In this document: one piece after another, positions 63,046 through 64,000 of the stretch
Position numbering within the stretch: position 1 is the stretch's first letter
How the letters are laid out: each line of letters opens with the position of its first letter
DNA from: Rhina ancylostomus
Lineage: Eukaryota
Assembly (NCBI GenBank): GCA_030265395.1
Contig: JARFYF010000060.1
Coordinates: 16,006,657 to 16,070,656, forward strand
Reading direction: 5' to 3'
DNA length: 64,000 nucleotides
Translations under genes and position numbers: made by a program
The notes under the pieces: model-generated
Told to the model about the DNA's origin: nothing
The model's database searches: none
The model's input: only the letters and a program-made list of their open reading frames with translations

Positions 63046-64000
63046 GTGAGAGAGCACAGCTTATCCCTACTATATCTGCTGATGTGACTGTGGCTGCTGA
63101 ACAGAATTCTCAATATAAAATAATGGTCTTCCAGTCTGTCCCATTACAGTGTGTCAAAGTGCACAGCTCTTGGTTTTTCTTTTTTTTTGAACTTCTGAAG
63201 TGCATTGAATTAGTTGATTTTGAGTTTGATGCAGAAGAGCAATGCTGTTTTGATCATTTTAGCTCCCACGGCACTTTGAAGAGAAACAAAATGTGTTGTG
63301 CATTAGAATTGTCTGAGTGTTAAAGGGTAATAGATCTTTGCAGGGGAAAATGAAAAGCCAGGATGCTCCACTTTTGCAGGGAGAAGAAATATGTTAGGGT
63401 ATATCCCAAAGTAATATCACATTGTGAGCAATGAGTTGTGAGAGATTCTATTCAAACAAGTATCTAGGAACATAATGAAATATTCCAGTGTTGTACCAGC
63501 TTGCAGAATCAGACTTATTACCTTGCGTATAGTATGAAATGTGGATAAAGTATTCAATCTTGCCTGCTATGGATGCAATGTCATAGGAAAATCAGCGCAA
63601 ATACTCCTTGATACCCAAAGGCAATCNNNNNNNNNNNNNNNNNNNNNNNNNNNNNNNNNNNNNNNNNNNNNNNNNNNNNNNNNNNNNNNNNNNNNNNNNN
63701 NNNNNNNNNNNNNNNNNNNNNNNNNNAGACACTTTTACCTTCACATCTCTGAAGTTATTCCCTTCAGTGCTGCTGCTCTTCACAGGGAACATAATCCCTC
63801 CATGGGCATGGGGAAGCGTGAGGTTCAGATGTATTGCTGCATCACACCACTTGGGGAGAATGGGATAAGAGCCATGTATTCAGCCAAGAACAAGTTTAAA
63901 GAGTAGATGAAGTGAATCACATATTAGTTAATCTTTGTTTGTAAATTACAGAAGTCAAGTTGAAAATGAGGGATCTGTAACTTCAGGTGCTAATGAATAA

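Overview
Eukaryotic genomic DNA from a gapped draft assembly (about ten N runs). The repeat content (CR1, RTE and Rex1-like LINE remnants, V-SINEs, Deu-domain SINEs, Penelope-type terminal repeats) points to a cartilaginous fish, but the species cannot be determined from the sequence. Two spliced protein-coding genes lie in tandem on the + strand and were reconstructed by hand with consistent splice phases. The first is a complete short-isoform USP2 deubiquitinase (USP2b/USP2-45 type; 12 coding exons, 1133-20344, 397 aa) with a U12-type minor intron at 18241-18685. The second is MFRP (coding exons 1-12, 30829-63045; TM, CUB1, LDLa1, CUB2, LDLa2, start of the Frizzled CRD), whose last exon lies beyond the window. 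Almost all ORFs in the supplied track are chance or repeat-derived. I found no convincing new protein-coding system. The best leads are non-coding: dispersed minimal hammerhead-ribozyme-like cores in Penelope-type repeats, the U12 intron, a dense M-box/E-box cluster between the two genes, an OTX+MITF-type MFRP promoter, a CpG-rich possible divergent promoter, a perfect 53-bp fold-back inside a LINE, and short protein motif changes (FxNPxY in MFRP, C-terminal SRI in USP2). Repeat family names and mammalian comparisons are from recall, not from a database search.
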